From Patescibacteria group bacterium (GTDB taxonomy: Bacteria > Patescibacteriota > WWE3 > UBA101185 > UBA10185), in the NCBI GenBank assembly GCA_016926555.1, contig JAFGOI010000004.1, forward strand, positions 776-64,775: a DNA stretch of 64,000 bases. Direction: 5' to 3'. Shown one piece after another: positions 1 to 9,650 of the stretch. How positions within the stretch are numbered: position 1 is the first letter of the stretch; every line of letters starts with the position of its first letter. The notes beneath the pieces are model-generated. The model made no database searches and was not told the DNA's origin. It saw only the letters and a list, made by a program, of their open reading frames with translations. The position numbers and the translations under genes were made by a program.

Positions 1-724
1 GTTAGTGGTACGCCTTTTGGAATAAACCTCCTTATATCCTTAATCATCCTCTCGACACTACCTTTCTCCCAGCTAGAGTACGCATGACAAAAGTATGTTT
101 TTACATCCAAGTCATTTGCTATTTCCTCATGACAATAGTTCTCTTTACCATTGTCCATTGTTATTGTACGTAGAATGCCTCCCGGTAAGGTTCCCAACCT
201 AGTTACCACTGCCTTTGCCTTAGCATTTTTGGTCTGATTTTTCATCTCAGTTAGTACTGTGTAACGGTAAGACCTTTCCACACTCACAGACAGGGCAGGT
301 TTGGAGCTTTTCCATTGTTCCTAACTTTTCTACCCTTTTTAATCATTCTTTTTTTCCTGCCCGAGGGTAGATATTGCCATAGTTTGTATCTTTTAGCTTT
401 CTTGGAATAAATGTATTGGTATATACATTCCGGTGTGATTGTTAGTTTACTCTTACTTTCACGTTTCAATCTTCCAGAGATCACTTCCGGTGACCAGTAA
501 TAAGGATGTCTCAGGTGCTCTCTAACATACAGAAATATCTCTGGGGACTTCAGGGGGGCCTTATATCGCTGTTTACGTGTTATACGCTCATATCTAGCAT
601 GTGCATGGCAGGGAATATAGTTCTTGCCATATTTAGTGTTACGCGCTGTCTCTCTTGAGATTGTGCTTTGGTTTCTATTTAGTTTTCTAGCTATGTCTTG
701 ATGAGATATGCCTTTTTCCAGCAT
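1..724 (-). pseudogene. IS30-family transposase, apparently frameshifted. The N-terminal HTH ORF is 284..724. The DDE-domain segment (TITMDNGKENY...YFCHAYSSWEKGSVERMIKDIRRFIPKGVPL) continues in a different frame from ~283 to the window edge.
   Basis: The ORF 284..724 encodes an HTH-type N-terminus (HQDIARKLNRNQSTISRE). Reverse-complement translation of 1..283 in another frame gives IS30 catalytic-core motifs (DNGKE, YFCHAYSSWEKGSVE, RFIPKG). The gene runs off the left edge of the window. Confidence 0.55.
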
Positions 725-830
725 TCCATAAATTAATTCTCGTTCTTCAACGACATTTTTATCACCCCCTTAAGGTCAAAATTCTACCTTAAAGTGATGC
801 ATTTCGTTTTAGAACCTAGGAACCCTCAAT
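1..830. mobile_element. Partial IS30-family insertion sequence. The right end lies somewhere in 725..840 and the left end is outside the window.
   Basis: The transposase gene occupies 1..724 on the minus strand. Terminal inverted repeats cannot be defined because the partner end is off-window. Confidence 0.5.
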
Positions 831-839
831 TATTTTACT

Positions 840-2339
840 TTACAAGCGCTTATAGATATAAAAATTTACATACTTATATGGTGAATAAATTCCATCAAGC
901 TTAGAACTTTCTAGAATAATTTTATTATCTTCTTGTTCATTAGTCTTTATAACCAGATCATAATAACTATTAATATCTAAAACTTCTTTATCAAGTACAA
1001 ATCCATTATAAAATAAACGTAAGCTCTGATAGTCACCGATGTAGATAACTTTGTTGAAACCATAGGTAGTTTCTAAAAAGTTTGAAAGTTTATAAAACCC
1101 AACACCCCAGGATATGTAGTTGGTTGAGTAGTTTCTATCTAGTGTAAGAAAATTTCTATATATAAGAAAGTCAGGAAATAAGAAAATAAATTGAACGATC
1201 CGAATCGTAATGATCGTCACTATTATTATGGTAAACAATTTATAACGGGAAGCCACCCAGACAATACCCGACGATGCATAGAGAATAATAAAAGGGAATA
1301 AATATAGCATAAAACGTTCAACTTTTTTCGTTGAAAGCTGAAATAATAGGAGAAATATAAGTGGCACTACAACTAGAAAGATATATTTAGAAAGCTTATC
1401 GTAATTTTTGTTTAGCGAATTTCGTACAAGAAAGATGAACCCAGAAAACAACCCCACTAGTGTAAATTCACTTAATTGATTATATAAAAACCTAAAATAA
1501 AAATACCACTGTCGTACGTGTGCGGTTGTAGCATAGGTAAAAGTCTCTGCATCCTGTCCCTTAACGCCTTGAATAAAGGACCCGATAAATAACCTCCAAA
1601 ATGTGAAAGATAAATTACCCCAAAAAGCAGGAAATAATAAAATCATTGTAAGTAAAAATACTGATACTAAAGTTATCATTTTGAGTAATTTTACTTTTAT
1701 ACTTTCTCTTCTAACCATAATAAATCCCAAGAATATGGGCAACACGACTACTGTGGACGCTTTCTCGATATTAGATAAACCCAGCAGTGTCCCAACTAGT
1801 GCGTAATAGTAGTAATTACCTTTTTCTTTTATTCGGTAAAAAATTAGAGTTGATATAAATACAAGATAAGCTGGTAAGATATCTGTTTGGATAACACGTG
1901 TGTTACCCAAGACAAAAGGTTCGAGTCCCATTAATAAGAAAAATAGTAATCCGATACGAAAACCAAATACTCTCTTTACGAGGAGTGAAGCGGCTATAAG
2001 GCAAAGTAAAACTAATACACTTTTAGGTATTTTCGAAAAAATATGTATAAAAAGATCTGTCTGAGTTTCAGTAATATCTTGGAAAAACCCAAGTTTATCT
2101 CTCAAGAAATAGAACGATTTAAATCCAAGAATGTTTGTATATATGGTTAGTACACCCGGTTGTACTGAAACATACAATCTATCGTATTTTTTTTGCTCAT
2201 ACTCCTTCATAAAAACATAGGACCAGTTTTTAAAATGAGTGTCGTCAGTAGTTACAGAATCCAAACCTAATCTATAGAAGCTAAAAAAAATTACTACAGT
2301 AAGTGATAGAAAAGATAATATTTTTCGGCTTTTATTCAC
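840..2339 (-). CDS. Polytopic membrane glycosyltransferase, GT39/PMT-ArnT-like (GT-C fold)
   Basis: The 499-aa protein has more than 10 predicted TM helices. A DD...HFxxxSY segment (TTDDTHFKNWSYVF) in the first loop resembles the PMT-family DE-HFGKFASYY motif. Confidence 0.45.
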   Translation of the reverse strand: MNKSRKILSFLSLTVVIFFSFYRLGLDSVTTDDTHFKNWSYVFMKEYEQKKYDRLYVSVQPGVLTIYTNILGFKSFYFLRDKLGFFQDITETQTDLFIHIFSKIPKSVLVLLCLIAASLLVKRVFGFRIGLLFFLLMGLEPFVLGNTRVIQTDILPAYLVFISTLIFYRIKEKGNYYYYALVGTLLGLSNIEKASTVVVLPIFLGFIMVRRESIKVKLLKMITLVSVFLLTMILLFPAFWGNLSFTFWRLFIGSFIQGVKGQDAETFTYATTAHVRQWYFYFRFLYNQLSEFTLVGLFSGFIFLVRNSLNKNYDKLSKYIFLVVVPLIFLLLFQLSTKKVERFMLYLFPFIILYASSGIVWVASRYKLFTIIIVTIITIRIVQFIFLFPDFLIYRNFLTLDRNYSTNYISWGVGFYKLSNFLETTYGFNKVIYIGDYQSLRLFYNGFVLDKEVLDINSYYDLVIKTNEQEDNKIILESSKLDGIYSPYKYVNFYIYKRL

Positions 2340-2546
2340 ATTCTAATTCTATAGTTTCTTAACAACAAAATCACACGAAATTTTATGACTAATAAAAGTT
2401 CTAACTAAATCCCAACATGCCCAGCCAATGCACCACCTATGCTAAACTAAATATGTGACCGAAAACAATAAACCTAGCAATCTTCAAAACAAATTAACAA
2501 CTCCACCAAAATCATCTGATGCGGTCAGTCTTCCAACACACAAAAA

Positions 2547-2930
2547 ATGTGTGGTTGTGAGGGAAACGAGCTTAACAAACATACTCTGGAAAAAGCCAAA
2601 GAGCAAGAGGATCCAAATATTTGTTATGACATGATTTCTTGGCAATGTGAAGATATAGACACCTTGGGAGTTGATAGGGACTATGCCATAGAATCCTGTC
2701 TGAAATCTCTTGCCGTACAAACCAAAAACCCAGCTCTATGTTCTTCCCTAATAAGTAAGACACCCTTTTTAGATACAAAAGCGGAATGCTTAACCAAGGT
2801 GGCTAATGCTTCTGGAAACTTTGATATCTGCTACAAAATTGATAATGCAAAAATGGAAGTAATACAAATAATAACTAAGGTCAGCAACACCCACACGCTT
2901 CCTCAATTTCTCGTAGTGTATCCCCGCTAA
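2547..2930 (+). CDS. Hypothetical Cys-rich small protein (10 Cys in 127 aa)
   Basis: An ORF only. It has no SD I can see and no recognisable family. It overlaps the 3' end of ahcY by 50 nt. Confidence 0.2.
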   Translation: MCGCEGNELNKHTLEKAKEQEDPNICYDMISWQCEDIDTLGVDRDYAIESCLKSLAVQTKNPALCSSLISKTPFLDTKAECLTKVANASGNFDICYKIDNAKMEVIQIITKVSNTHTLPQFLVVYPR

Positions 2931-4200
2931 GATAGTTTTTTTGGTTATTACTTAATTCTGTAAGTTTGTCTTTTAGCTCAGGAAAATTCATTAAAGCGAT
3001 TTCATCATCCACTTCTGGAGGCAAGGAATAAATATTACCGGCTTCTAGTTTCCAACCTTTGGAAAGTTTAATATGAGCCAAGATATGGAGTGCAAATGTA
3101 ATACCTAAAACACGTGGCGGATTTCCCCCTATACGCATATTTAAGAGGTACCCATCACACAAAGAATCTATAAACCAATCGCCTTTTTTATATCGCACAA
3201 GGTTTTCGTTTATTACAACCTTTTCAACACCATCTATAGTTACAAGTTGCTGCGCATCATACTCTAAGTTCTCACCCATATTACATAGTGTAGCGCCCGA
3301 TTTCATTTTAAGAATCTGATCTAAGTTAAAGACATGAGGGGTTGTTGCTGCAGTGATAAAGATATCCATATCACTCAAACAGTCATTAACATTAACAACG
3401 GTTGTACCTTCCATTAATGCATGTGCAGCGCGAACCGGGGAAACTTCACTAACATATACATCAGCACCGCAAATCTTTAGCATATCCACAACGCCTTTAC
3501 CCACACGTCCATACCCGGAAACTAAAACCTTTTTGCCCCCAAACATTATGTCTTTGGTTCGTTTAAATGCGTATAAAAACGACTCCTTAGAACCATAATA
3601 ATTATCAAACGCAGCTTTAAAACCGGTATTTATATCAATTATAGGAACTTTAAGTTTGCCTTGCTTCTTTAAGGTTTTTGCAAATTCCACACCACATGTC
3701 GTTTGTTCAGACACTCCCTTTAATTCCTTTGCCCATTTATATTTATTTCGATGAATTAATTGAGTCATATCACTACCATCATCAATAATCTGTGTTGGGG
3801 GAACTATATTACCCTCAGCATCTTTAAATTCCAGAGCCCATTGAATACACTTAAAAAATTCGTCTAATGTTTGGTCTCTTTTCCCAAAAACTGAGACACC
3901 CCAGCTATCAACAGCAGCAGCAACACGATCATCTACTGAAATAATGTTGTCACTACAGAGACGCACTTCGGCACCTAAGTTTATTAGCGCCCAAATCAAA
4001 TTACCCGTCTCAGGCGTGGGAATAACACAAACTGAGATTCTAGAACCTTTTAATGGTTTAGTTTCTTTGTATTTTTTAACAAGCGAAACTAATGCAGGCA
4101 TATCATCTCTCGCTATCTCAATTAGTTGCTGGCCTTCCTCCGCTAATGAAGGATCTGCTATCCAGCTCTCTGTTTTGTTATTTTGTTTATTTTTATTCAT
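2881..4200 (-). CDS. ahcY: Adenosylhomocysteinase (S-adenosyl-L-homocysteine hydrolase)
   Basis: It has the DNYYGSKES and GKKVLVSGYGRVGKG (NAD-binding) motifs. The N-terminus MNKNK...DMPALVSLVKKYKETKPLKGSRISVCVIPTPETGNL aligns with the AHCY N-terminal region. I placed the start at the ATG at 4198..4200. The longer GTG-initiated extension to 4368 has no AHCY homology. Confidence 0.85.
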   Translation of the reverse strand: MNKNKQNNKTESWIADPSLAEEGQQLIEIARDDMPALVSLVKKYKETKPLKGSRISVCVIPTPETGNLIWALINLGAEVRLCSDNIISVDDRVAAAVDSWGVSVFGKRDQTLDEFFKCIQWALEFKDAEGNIVPPTQIIDDGSDMTQLIHRNKYKWAKELKGVSEQTTCGVEFAKTLKKQGKLKVPIIDINTGFKAAFDNYYGSKESFLYAFKRTKDIMFGGKKVLVSGYGRVGKGVVDMLKICGADVYVSEVSPVRAAHALMEGTTVVNVNDCLSDMDIFITAATTPHVFNLDQILKMKSGATLCNMGENLEYDAQQLVTIDGVEKVVINENLVRYKKGDWFIDSLCDGYLLNMRIGGNPPRVLGITFALHILAHIKLSKGWKLEAGNIYSLPPEVDDEIALMNFPELKDKLTELSNNQKNYLSGDTLREIEEACGCC

Positions 4201-4510
4201 AATACTTGCAAAAAGAAAAACTTGGAGTTCATTATACCCACTCAATTTAGAATATTCTATAGGGCCTGTATATATTTCGACATTAATAATTTTTGTAAGC
4301 GGAATACCGCTTTTAGAAAAAGCAGCAGATAAAAGGTAGACGCCCCCGGGCCTGAAAGGCCCGAGCACCCCGGTTGTTTAGTGGAGGAGTTGTTTTGTCT
4401 TCTGAATATAATCCCATTGTTTTTTACTATAGCATTAAATACATACCATATTAATTACATTTGGTCTGTTTCATTGTTGCCTCAAACCTTTTAAGTTAAA
4501 ATTAATACAT

Positions 4511-5065
4511 ATGAATATAGCTCAGCACAAAGAACAGCGCGTCGGTGTATTTGTCGACGTGCAGAATATGTATTATTCAGCAAAGAATTTATATCAAGCA
4601 AAGGTGGATTTTGGCCGTGTCTTGAACTCAGCTGTTGCGGGAAGGAGGTTAATTAGAGCCTTTGCATATGTAATAAAGGCTGATGTCGGTGCCGAGAAAG
4701 AATTTTTTGAGGCTTTAAATAAACTTGGTTACGAGGTTAGACAGAAAGAGCTTCAGGTATTTTACGGTGGCGCGAAAAAAGGTGATTGGGATGTTGGTTT
4801 ATGCATGGATGTTGTTCGTCTCATTCCTAAAATTGATGCTGTGGTTCTGGTGTCGGGGGACGGGGATTATGTGGATCTTTTAGAGTACGCGCAGAGCCAG
4901 GGGGTAAGAACTGAGATAATTGGGTTTGGAAAAACCGTATCAAGTCGTTTATTAGATGAGACAGACTATTTTTTGGATATGTCCAGATCTTCCTCAAAGT
5001 TTTTAATAGGAAAGCCGAAGTTTTCGCTTTCAAAGGGGGATGACACAAAGGAAGATAATCACTAA
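4511..5065 (+). CDS. NYN-domain (LabA-like) protein, putative RNase
   Basis: A 184-aa protein with the VGVFVDVQN...GDGDY pattern typical of PF01936 NYN/LabA. Confidence 0.65.
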   Translation: MNIAQHKEQRVGVFVDVQNMYYSAKNLYQAKVDFGRVLNSAVAGRRLIRAFAYVIKADVGAEKEFFEALNKLGYEVRQKELQVFYGGAKKGDWDVGLCMDVVRLIPKIDAVVLVSGDGDYVDLLEYAQSQGVRTEIIGFGKTVSSRLLDETDYFLDMSRSSSKFLIGKPKFSLSKGDDTKEDNH

Positions 5066-6814
5066 GTGATGCTGAAATCTTTGTCGGGAAAACTGCATCT
5101 GAATAACGCCTTAAAAAAGGTAATTGTTTTTATGTACGTCACCCTTGGTTTTGTGATTTTGTACCATGTATTCTATGCGAGAAAAATCATTTCGGGTGTA
5201 AAAGTGGGCAGTGTCTATGTGGGAGGGATGAATTTCTCTCAAGCAAAAAAAGCATTGGAAGATTTTGAATTGGGCAAAGTTAAGGAATTTAACGTTTTAT
5301 ACAAAGATAAAGAATACAGGATTGCTGCAAGTTCAATCGATCTTACATACGATTGGGAAGGTGTGGTGACACGAGCCTTCGAAGTTGGTAGAACGGGGGA
5401 TATTTTAGTCGATACAAAAGATAAAATAGCTGGTCTATTCAAGACTTTGTATATTGGGTCTTATTATGATTATTCAGATGATTTGTTAAACGTTGCTTTT
5501 TCTACCATTAGAGGTGAAGTGAATGAAGCGGCAGTTGATGCTGGGTTGAAAGTTGAAGGCGATGGTTTAATAATAACTCCGTCAAAAGAAGGTAAAAAGG
5601 TTGATACGGAAGCTCTCTTTAAAGTATTTACCTATTCGTTTGATAGGATGGACTTTTCCGATAAGAATCTTCCTGTGAGTGTTGTAAATCCGGGGATAAA
5701 AGAAGCGGATTTAGAACAATTAGTGGCAGAAGTTGAGGGTATAGTCACAAATAACTTAAAAGTTAAATATGAGAAAAAAGAGTGGAAGCCTGATATGGAG
5801 CAGAAGCTTTCATTCCTGGGATTTGTTAAAAAGGGGACAACTTTGGATATGAAACTTAATTCTCTAAATTTCGACCCTTTTGTAGATGAAGTTTCCTCGG
5901 AAATAAACAAACTTCCCCGAGGGAAAGTTACGAAAGTTGATGGCACACGTGTGGTCGATTTTGAAATAATCGAGGAAGGTACTGAAGTTGATGCGAAGAA
6001 ATTCACTGATGTTTTTAAAGATGCGTTCTTTGGAAAAAAATCTGAAGTTGAAGTTCCAATTTTGTCTGTTTCCGGCCCTGAGACTAAAGATAAGTATGGT
6101 ATTTACTCGTTGTTAGGGGAGGGGACATCTAAATTTACTGGATCTTCCCAGGGGAGAATAAACAATTTAACTCTCGCAGCGGAAAGAACAAGTGGTGTTT
6201 TAGTGTCCCCGGGGGAAGTATATTCTATGAATGAGGCAGTTGGGAAAATAAATGCGTCAACAGGGTATGATGTTGCGTATATTATAAGTGAGGGACGGAC
6301 TGTTTTGGGTTCCGGAGGAGGTGTGTGTCAGACTTCTACCACTTTGTTTAGAGCGGTTCTCAATTCTGGACTTCCTGTAGTTTCAAGAACGCCACACGCG
6401 TATAGAGTGTACTATTACGAAATTGAAAGCAAGCCCGGAATAGATGCAACAGTATATCAGCCGTCGGTTGATTTCAAGTTTAGAAATGACACGCCTAATT
6501 ACGTTTTGATACAAACCTCTTGGGATCTCAAAGAAAACATTCTATCGTTTAAAATTTACGGCACACCGGATGGGAGAGAAGTCGAATTATCCGATGTTAC
6601 CTTAACGGGAGAATCACCTCCACCCGCCCCATCGTATCAAGAGGATCCGACTCTGCCTAAGGGTGTTATAAAACAAGTAGATTTTCCGGCTTGGGGAGGA
6701 ACAGCCACGTTTACCCGCACAGTAACAAGAAACGAAGAAATACTTTTTGAGGAATCCTATACAACAAGATATCAACCATGGAGAGCGGTATATCTTGTAG
6801 GTACAAAAGAGTAG
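5066..6814 (+). CDS. VanW-family protein with an N-terminal TM anchor
   Basis: The C-terminal region (GRINNLTLAAERTSGVLVSPGEVYSMNEAVG...GGGVCQTSTTLFRAV) matches the VanW-like domain. The start codon directly abuts the NYN gene stop. Confidence 0.65.
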   Translation: MMLKSLSGKLHLNNALKKVIVFMYVTLGFVILYHVFYARKIISGVKVGSVYVGGMNFSQAKKALEDFELGKVKEFNVLYKDKEYRIAASSIDLTYDWEGVVTRAFEVGRTGDILVDTKDKIAGLFKTLYIGSYYDYSDDLLNVAFSTIRGEVNEAAVDAGLKVEGDGLIITPSKEGKKVDTEALFKVFTYSFDRMDFSDKNLPVSVVNPGIKEADLEQLVAEVEGIVTNNLKVKYEKKEWKPDMEQKLSFLGFVKKGTTLDMKLNSLNFDPFVDEVSSEINKLPRGKVTKVDGTRVVDFEIIEEGTEVDAKKFTDVFKDAFFGKKSEVEVPILSVSGPETKDKYGIYSLLGEGTSKFTGSSQGRINNLTLAAERTSGVLVSPGEVYSMNEAVGKINASTGYDVAYIISEGRTVLGSGGGVCQTSTTLFRAVLNSGLPVVSRTPHAYRVYYYEIESKPGIDATVYQPSVDFKFRNDTPNYVLIQTSWDLKENILSFKIYGTPDGREVELSDVTLTGESPPPAPSYQEDPTLPKGVIKQVDFPAWGGTATFTRTVTRNEEILFEESYTTRYQPWRAVYLVGTKE

Positions 6815-6824
6815 TATTATAGTA

Positions 6825-7247
6825 TTAACGGTTCGAAGTTTTTATAGTCACTATACTCACATTTAAATCAGGTTGTAATGTCGATTTTATGGTGACTAGA
6901 GTGTATTTGCTCTTGAATTCCATGATCATAAACGTATCTTCTACAGTTTCAGTTTCGACCTGCCATCCCTTTTCGTAAAATACACTATTATAGAACTCCC
7001 TTAGTTTTGCGAGATTAAGGTTTGTCTGAAACGTAACTTGCTCGCCTTCGGAGGTTTTACTAAAGCCGATCTTTTGTGATCCTCTTGGGTATGGAAGATG
7101 GAATTGATTATCATCCTTGATACCTTTGACTTCTTCGATCCTTTTTAATATTTTTGGTTTGTAATTTAAAAAGTTTTTGTAACTAAATAGAGTTACAACT
7201 GACAGTAAAGGTATTCCGATAAGTAAGAACACTAGGGATTTAACCAT
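6825..7247 (-). CDS. Hypothetical membrane-anchored protein (140 aa)
   Basis: An N-terminal TM helix followed by a soluble domain. No family recognised. Confidence 0.4.
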   Translation of the reverse strand: MVKSLVFLLIGIPLLSVVTLFSYKNFLNYKPKILKRIEEVKGIKDDNQFHLPYPRGSQKIGFSKTSEGEQVTFQTNLNLAKLREFYNSVFYEKGWQVETETVEDTFMIMEFKSKYTLVTIKSTLQPDLNVSIVTIKTSNR

Positions 7248-7334
7248 TTTAGTACTTAAATTATACGTAAGTTTAATGATTAAATAAAATATAAGGTATA
7301 ATATCTGGCGTATTTAGGTTTAAAGTTGTTTTAT

Positions 7335-7410
7335 GGCCCCATCGTCTAGTGGCCTAGGACGTCAGGTTCTCATCCTGGAAACCGGGGTTCGATTCCCCGT
7401 GGGGTCACCA
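7335..7410 (+). tRNA. tRNA-Glu (anticodon CUC)
   Basis: A 76-nt cloverleaf. The 7-bp acceptor stem is GGCCCCA/UGGGGUC and the D arm is GUCU/GGAC. The anticodon stem UCAGG/CCUGG carries the loop UUCUCAU. The T arm is GGGGU-UCGAUUC-CCCCG, followed by an encoded CCA. Confidence 0.8.
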
Positions 7411-7414
7411 GGCA

Positions 7415-7454
7415 AAAAAGCGGATATCATCTTTTATGGTAGCCGCTTTTTTGT
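7415..7454 (+). terminator. Rho-independent terminator after the tRNA
   Basis: AAAAAAGCGG...CCGCTTTTTTG hairpin with a T-tract. Confidence 0.5.
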
Positions 7455-7579
7455 TTGGGAAAGGGGAATCGAATGATTCGGACTGAGCGAATGAGTGTTA
7501 ACGAAATGAGCGAGGGAGAGGGGGTCGCGTGCTTTTGTATGTTATGAACGAAGTGAGTTACAGACAAAAGACATGTGAC

Positions 7580-7600
7580 CGATTCCCCGTGGGGTCACCA
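7580..7600 (+). repeat. 21-nt direct duplicate of the tRNA-Glu 3' end (CGATTCCCCGTGGGGTCACCA), att-like
   Basis: An exact copy of tRNA positions 56-76 lies 169 bp downstream of the intact tRNA. Confidence 0.7.
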
Positions 7601-7620
7601 ACCTTGAGTGGGTCAGGGTG

Positions 7621-8136
7621 CTATAATTTCTTAATCCATGTTTTTGCGTCCCCATCCCTACCATACTTTTCCTTAATGAAACCAGTGTTTTCATCGAAAA
7701 ACCTATCGTAGAACCCCCAACTTTGTTTATATCTTGGACCACTGCAAACTAATAAATACTCATATCCTTTGCTCTTGGTATCATGAAGAACTGCTTTTAA
7801 TAGCATTTTCCCAACACCTTTCCCTCGGTAGTGATCAACAGAAACAAAAGCATTTAACAATTCCACGGATTTGCTTGAGTTTTCACCAAAATGTTTTCTC
7901 ATATCTTTATCAGGTTCTGCATACGCCATGCAACCTATAACCTTGTCATTAATTTCTGCAACATAGTATGTTCTAACGCGACTCTCTGCATCTTGTGCGC
8001 CCTTCATATAGGAAATTACATCTTCAACTTCATTTTCAACTACCTCACCTGTGTCTCTATCTCTTATATGTTGTTTAAGGACAGGTTTTAAATATTGAAT
8101 ATCGTTCTCCACTAATTTTCTGGTTCGTATATTCAT
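7621..8136 (-). CDS. GNAT-family N-acetyltransferase
   Basis: A 171-aa protein with the motif-A-like HYRGKGVGKMLLKAV segment. Confidence 0.7.
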   Translation of the reverse strand: MNIRTRKLVENDIQYLKPVLKQHIRDRDTGEVVENEVEDVISYMKGAQDAESRVRTYYVAEINDKVIGCMAYAEPDKDMRKHFGENSSKSVELLNAFVSVDHYRGKGVGKMLLKAVLHDTKSKGYEYLLVCSGPRYKQSWGFYDRFFDENTGFIKEKYGRDGDAKTWIKKL

Positions 8137-9122
8137 TATTTTTTATTTACAAAGGTTTTAAGTTCTTCTAGTAAATTATCTTCAACTTCTATTTCACCCG
8201 ATTTTAATATTTCACTTCTAATTTTATCTCCTCGTTCCCCAGGTACGTATATTTCATCAACACCAGGTAACTTCTTAGCTTTTTTCATTGCCTTTGCCAT
8301 TTTTGTTGTTTCTTCAATAAAACGCTTCGTTCCAACAAGAGAATCAGGGTCAATGGCAATTATTACGTTACCGTCATTATCACTTCCGTTTAAAAAGTCG
8401 GCACCCACTAAAGCACCTCCAATAACTTGAACCATTAAAGCAAGTCCAGCACCTTTAAAGCCTTTGTCAAAAGGTTTTGTTGCACCTTCCATTATTTCAG
8501 CAGGGTCAGTAGTCTCGTTACCTTCTTTATCGTAGCCAATACCCTCTTCTACCTGCACACCTTTTGTCTTAGCTTCGACTAAGCCATAGTAAGCGATAGC
8601 AGATGAAGCCATATCAAGAACTATTGGTTCACCCTTTTTTGGCACACCCCATGCAATAGGGTTTGTACAGAATAAAGGTTCATAAGAGCCATGCGGCGGA
8701 ACACTTGGAAATGGGTAACTGGACATTGTAATACCAATCAAACCCTTATCCGCCACTTGTCTAGACCAATAACCAATCGCACCAGAAGAACCTGTGCCAT
8801 TATGCGTACCTACTATAGCTATTCCGTTTTTCTTTGCCTTTTTAACTACCATTTTTACAGCCATGTTCATAACAATAGCTTCCATAGTCAAATTACAGCT
8901 AAATAGAGCTGTAGATGGGGTTTCTTTTTCAATAGTTGGTTCCTTTGCATCTTTGTGTTTTGGAATGCCTCTACCAATCAACTTAACAATTCCTTGATTA
9001 TTGCCTCTTAGTTGGGCATACATTAACATTCCTAAAATAATTTCAGATTCTTCTTTGTTGTACCCGTATTTCGAAAGGGCTTTTTTAGATATACTCTCAA
9101 GTTCTTTTATTTTTATTTTCAT
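8136..9122 (-). CDS. Ldh_2-family malate/L-lactate/sulfolactate dehydrogenase
   Basis: A 328-aa protein. The stretch GIAIVGTHNGTGSSGAIGYWS...NPIAWGVP is typical of PF02615. Confidence 0.55.
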   Translation of the reverse strand: MKIKIKELESISKKALSKYGYNKEESEIILGMLMYAQLRGNNQGIVKLIGRGIPKHKDAKEPTIEKETPSTALFSCNLTMEAIVMNMAVKMVVKKAKKNGIAIVGTHNGTGSSGAIGYWSRQVADKGLIGITMSSYPFPSVPPHGSYEPLFCTNPIAWGVPKKGEPIVLDMASSAIAYYGLVEAKTKGVQVEEGIGYDKEGNETTDPAEIMEGATKPFDKGFKGAGLALMVQVIGGALVGADFLNGSDNDGNVIIAIDPDSLVGTKRFIEETTKMAKAMKKAKKLPGVDEIYVPGERGDKIRSEILKSGEIEVEDNLLEELKTFVNKK

Positions 9123-9290
9123 TTTATTAATCCTTCAATTTAATACCGGACAGATATTGTACTTACATTTTATCAGAGCTGGTAATAAGTGGGATATACA
9201 TCAGGGAATAAATTCATCAAATTTTTCACATAACCAACAAATTCTTCAAAAGAAAAGTTTAAATTAAGGTAATCTTGGCTCCACATTTAC

Positions 9291-9650
9291 CTAGCTACCG
9301 TATTTTTCTAGACGGTTGTATAAATCTTGACTGAAGGCGCAGTTGGCAGTTTCCCCGAAATGTTTTAATGCACTTTTTAATATATCAAATTCCGATGAAG
9401 TATCTCCTTCTACTTCTATCAGCGGATATATATCAACAAAAAATAATCTATTTTCTTCATCAGTTTCACCGTCTAGGTGTCCTAGCATAATATTGCCTAA
9501 TCTTATATCAGTATGTTCATCGCTGAATCCACTACTGTCAATTATATCTGGTAAATAGGGAGTCCCTCAACTATATCTTCTTTAGGTTGGAGTTTATCTT
9601 TGAAAGGGTATGCCCCCTCTAGTTCTTGTGTTGTTTTGCTCATATGTCAA
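9291..9650 (-). pseudogene. Possible frameshifted small gene. The upstream part is MSKTTQELEGAYPFKDKLQPKEDIVEGLP and the downstream part is the ORF 9291..9488.
   Basis: Two adjacent short ORFs in different frames read like one protein if joined (...EGLPYLPDIIDSSGFSDEHTDIRLGNIMLGHLDGE...). Confidence 0.2.

Noticed and set aside
1603-1806. Numerous 60-130-aa ORFs antisense to, or nested in, larger genes. Examples: 1603..1806, 3353..3598, 3944..4339, 5239..5442, 5632..6006, 10037..11030 group, 13183..13397, 21733..22820 group, 40188..40709, 45312..45797, 56225..56746, 57546..57935, 58792..59208, 60007..60723.
   Set aside because: These are shadow ORFs inside well-supported genes. They have low-complexity translations and no start signals.
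2881-4368. Long form of ahcY (495 aa) starting at a GTG at 4368
   Set aside because: The extra 56 N-terminal residues have no AHCY homology. The internal ATG at 4198..4200 gives the canonical N-terminus.
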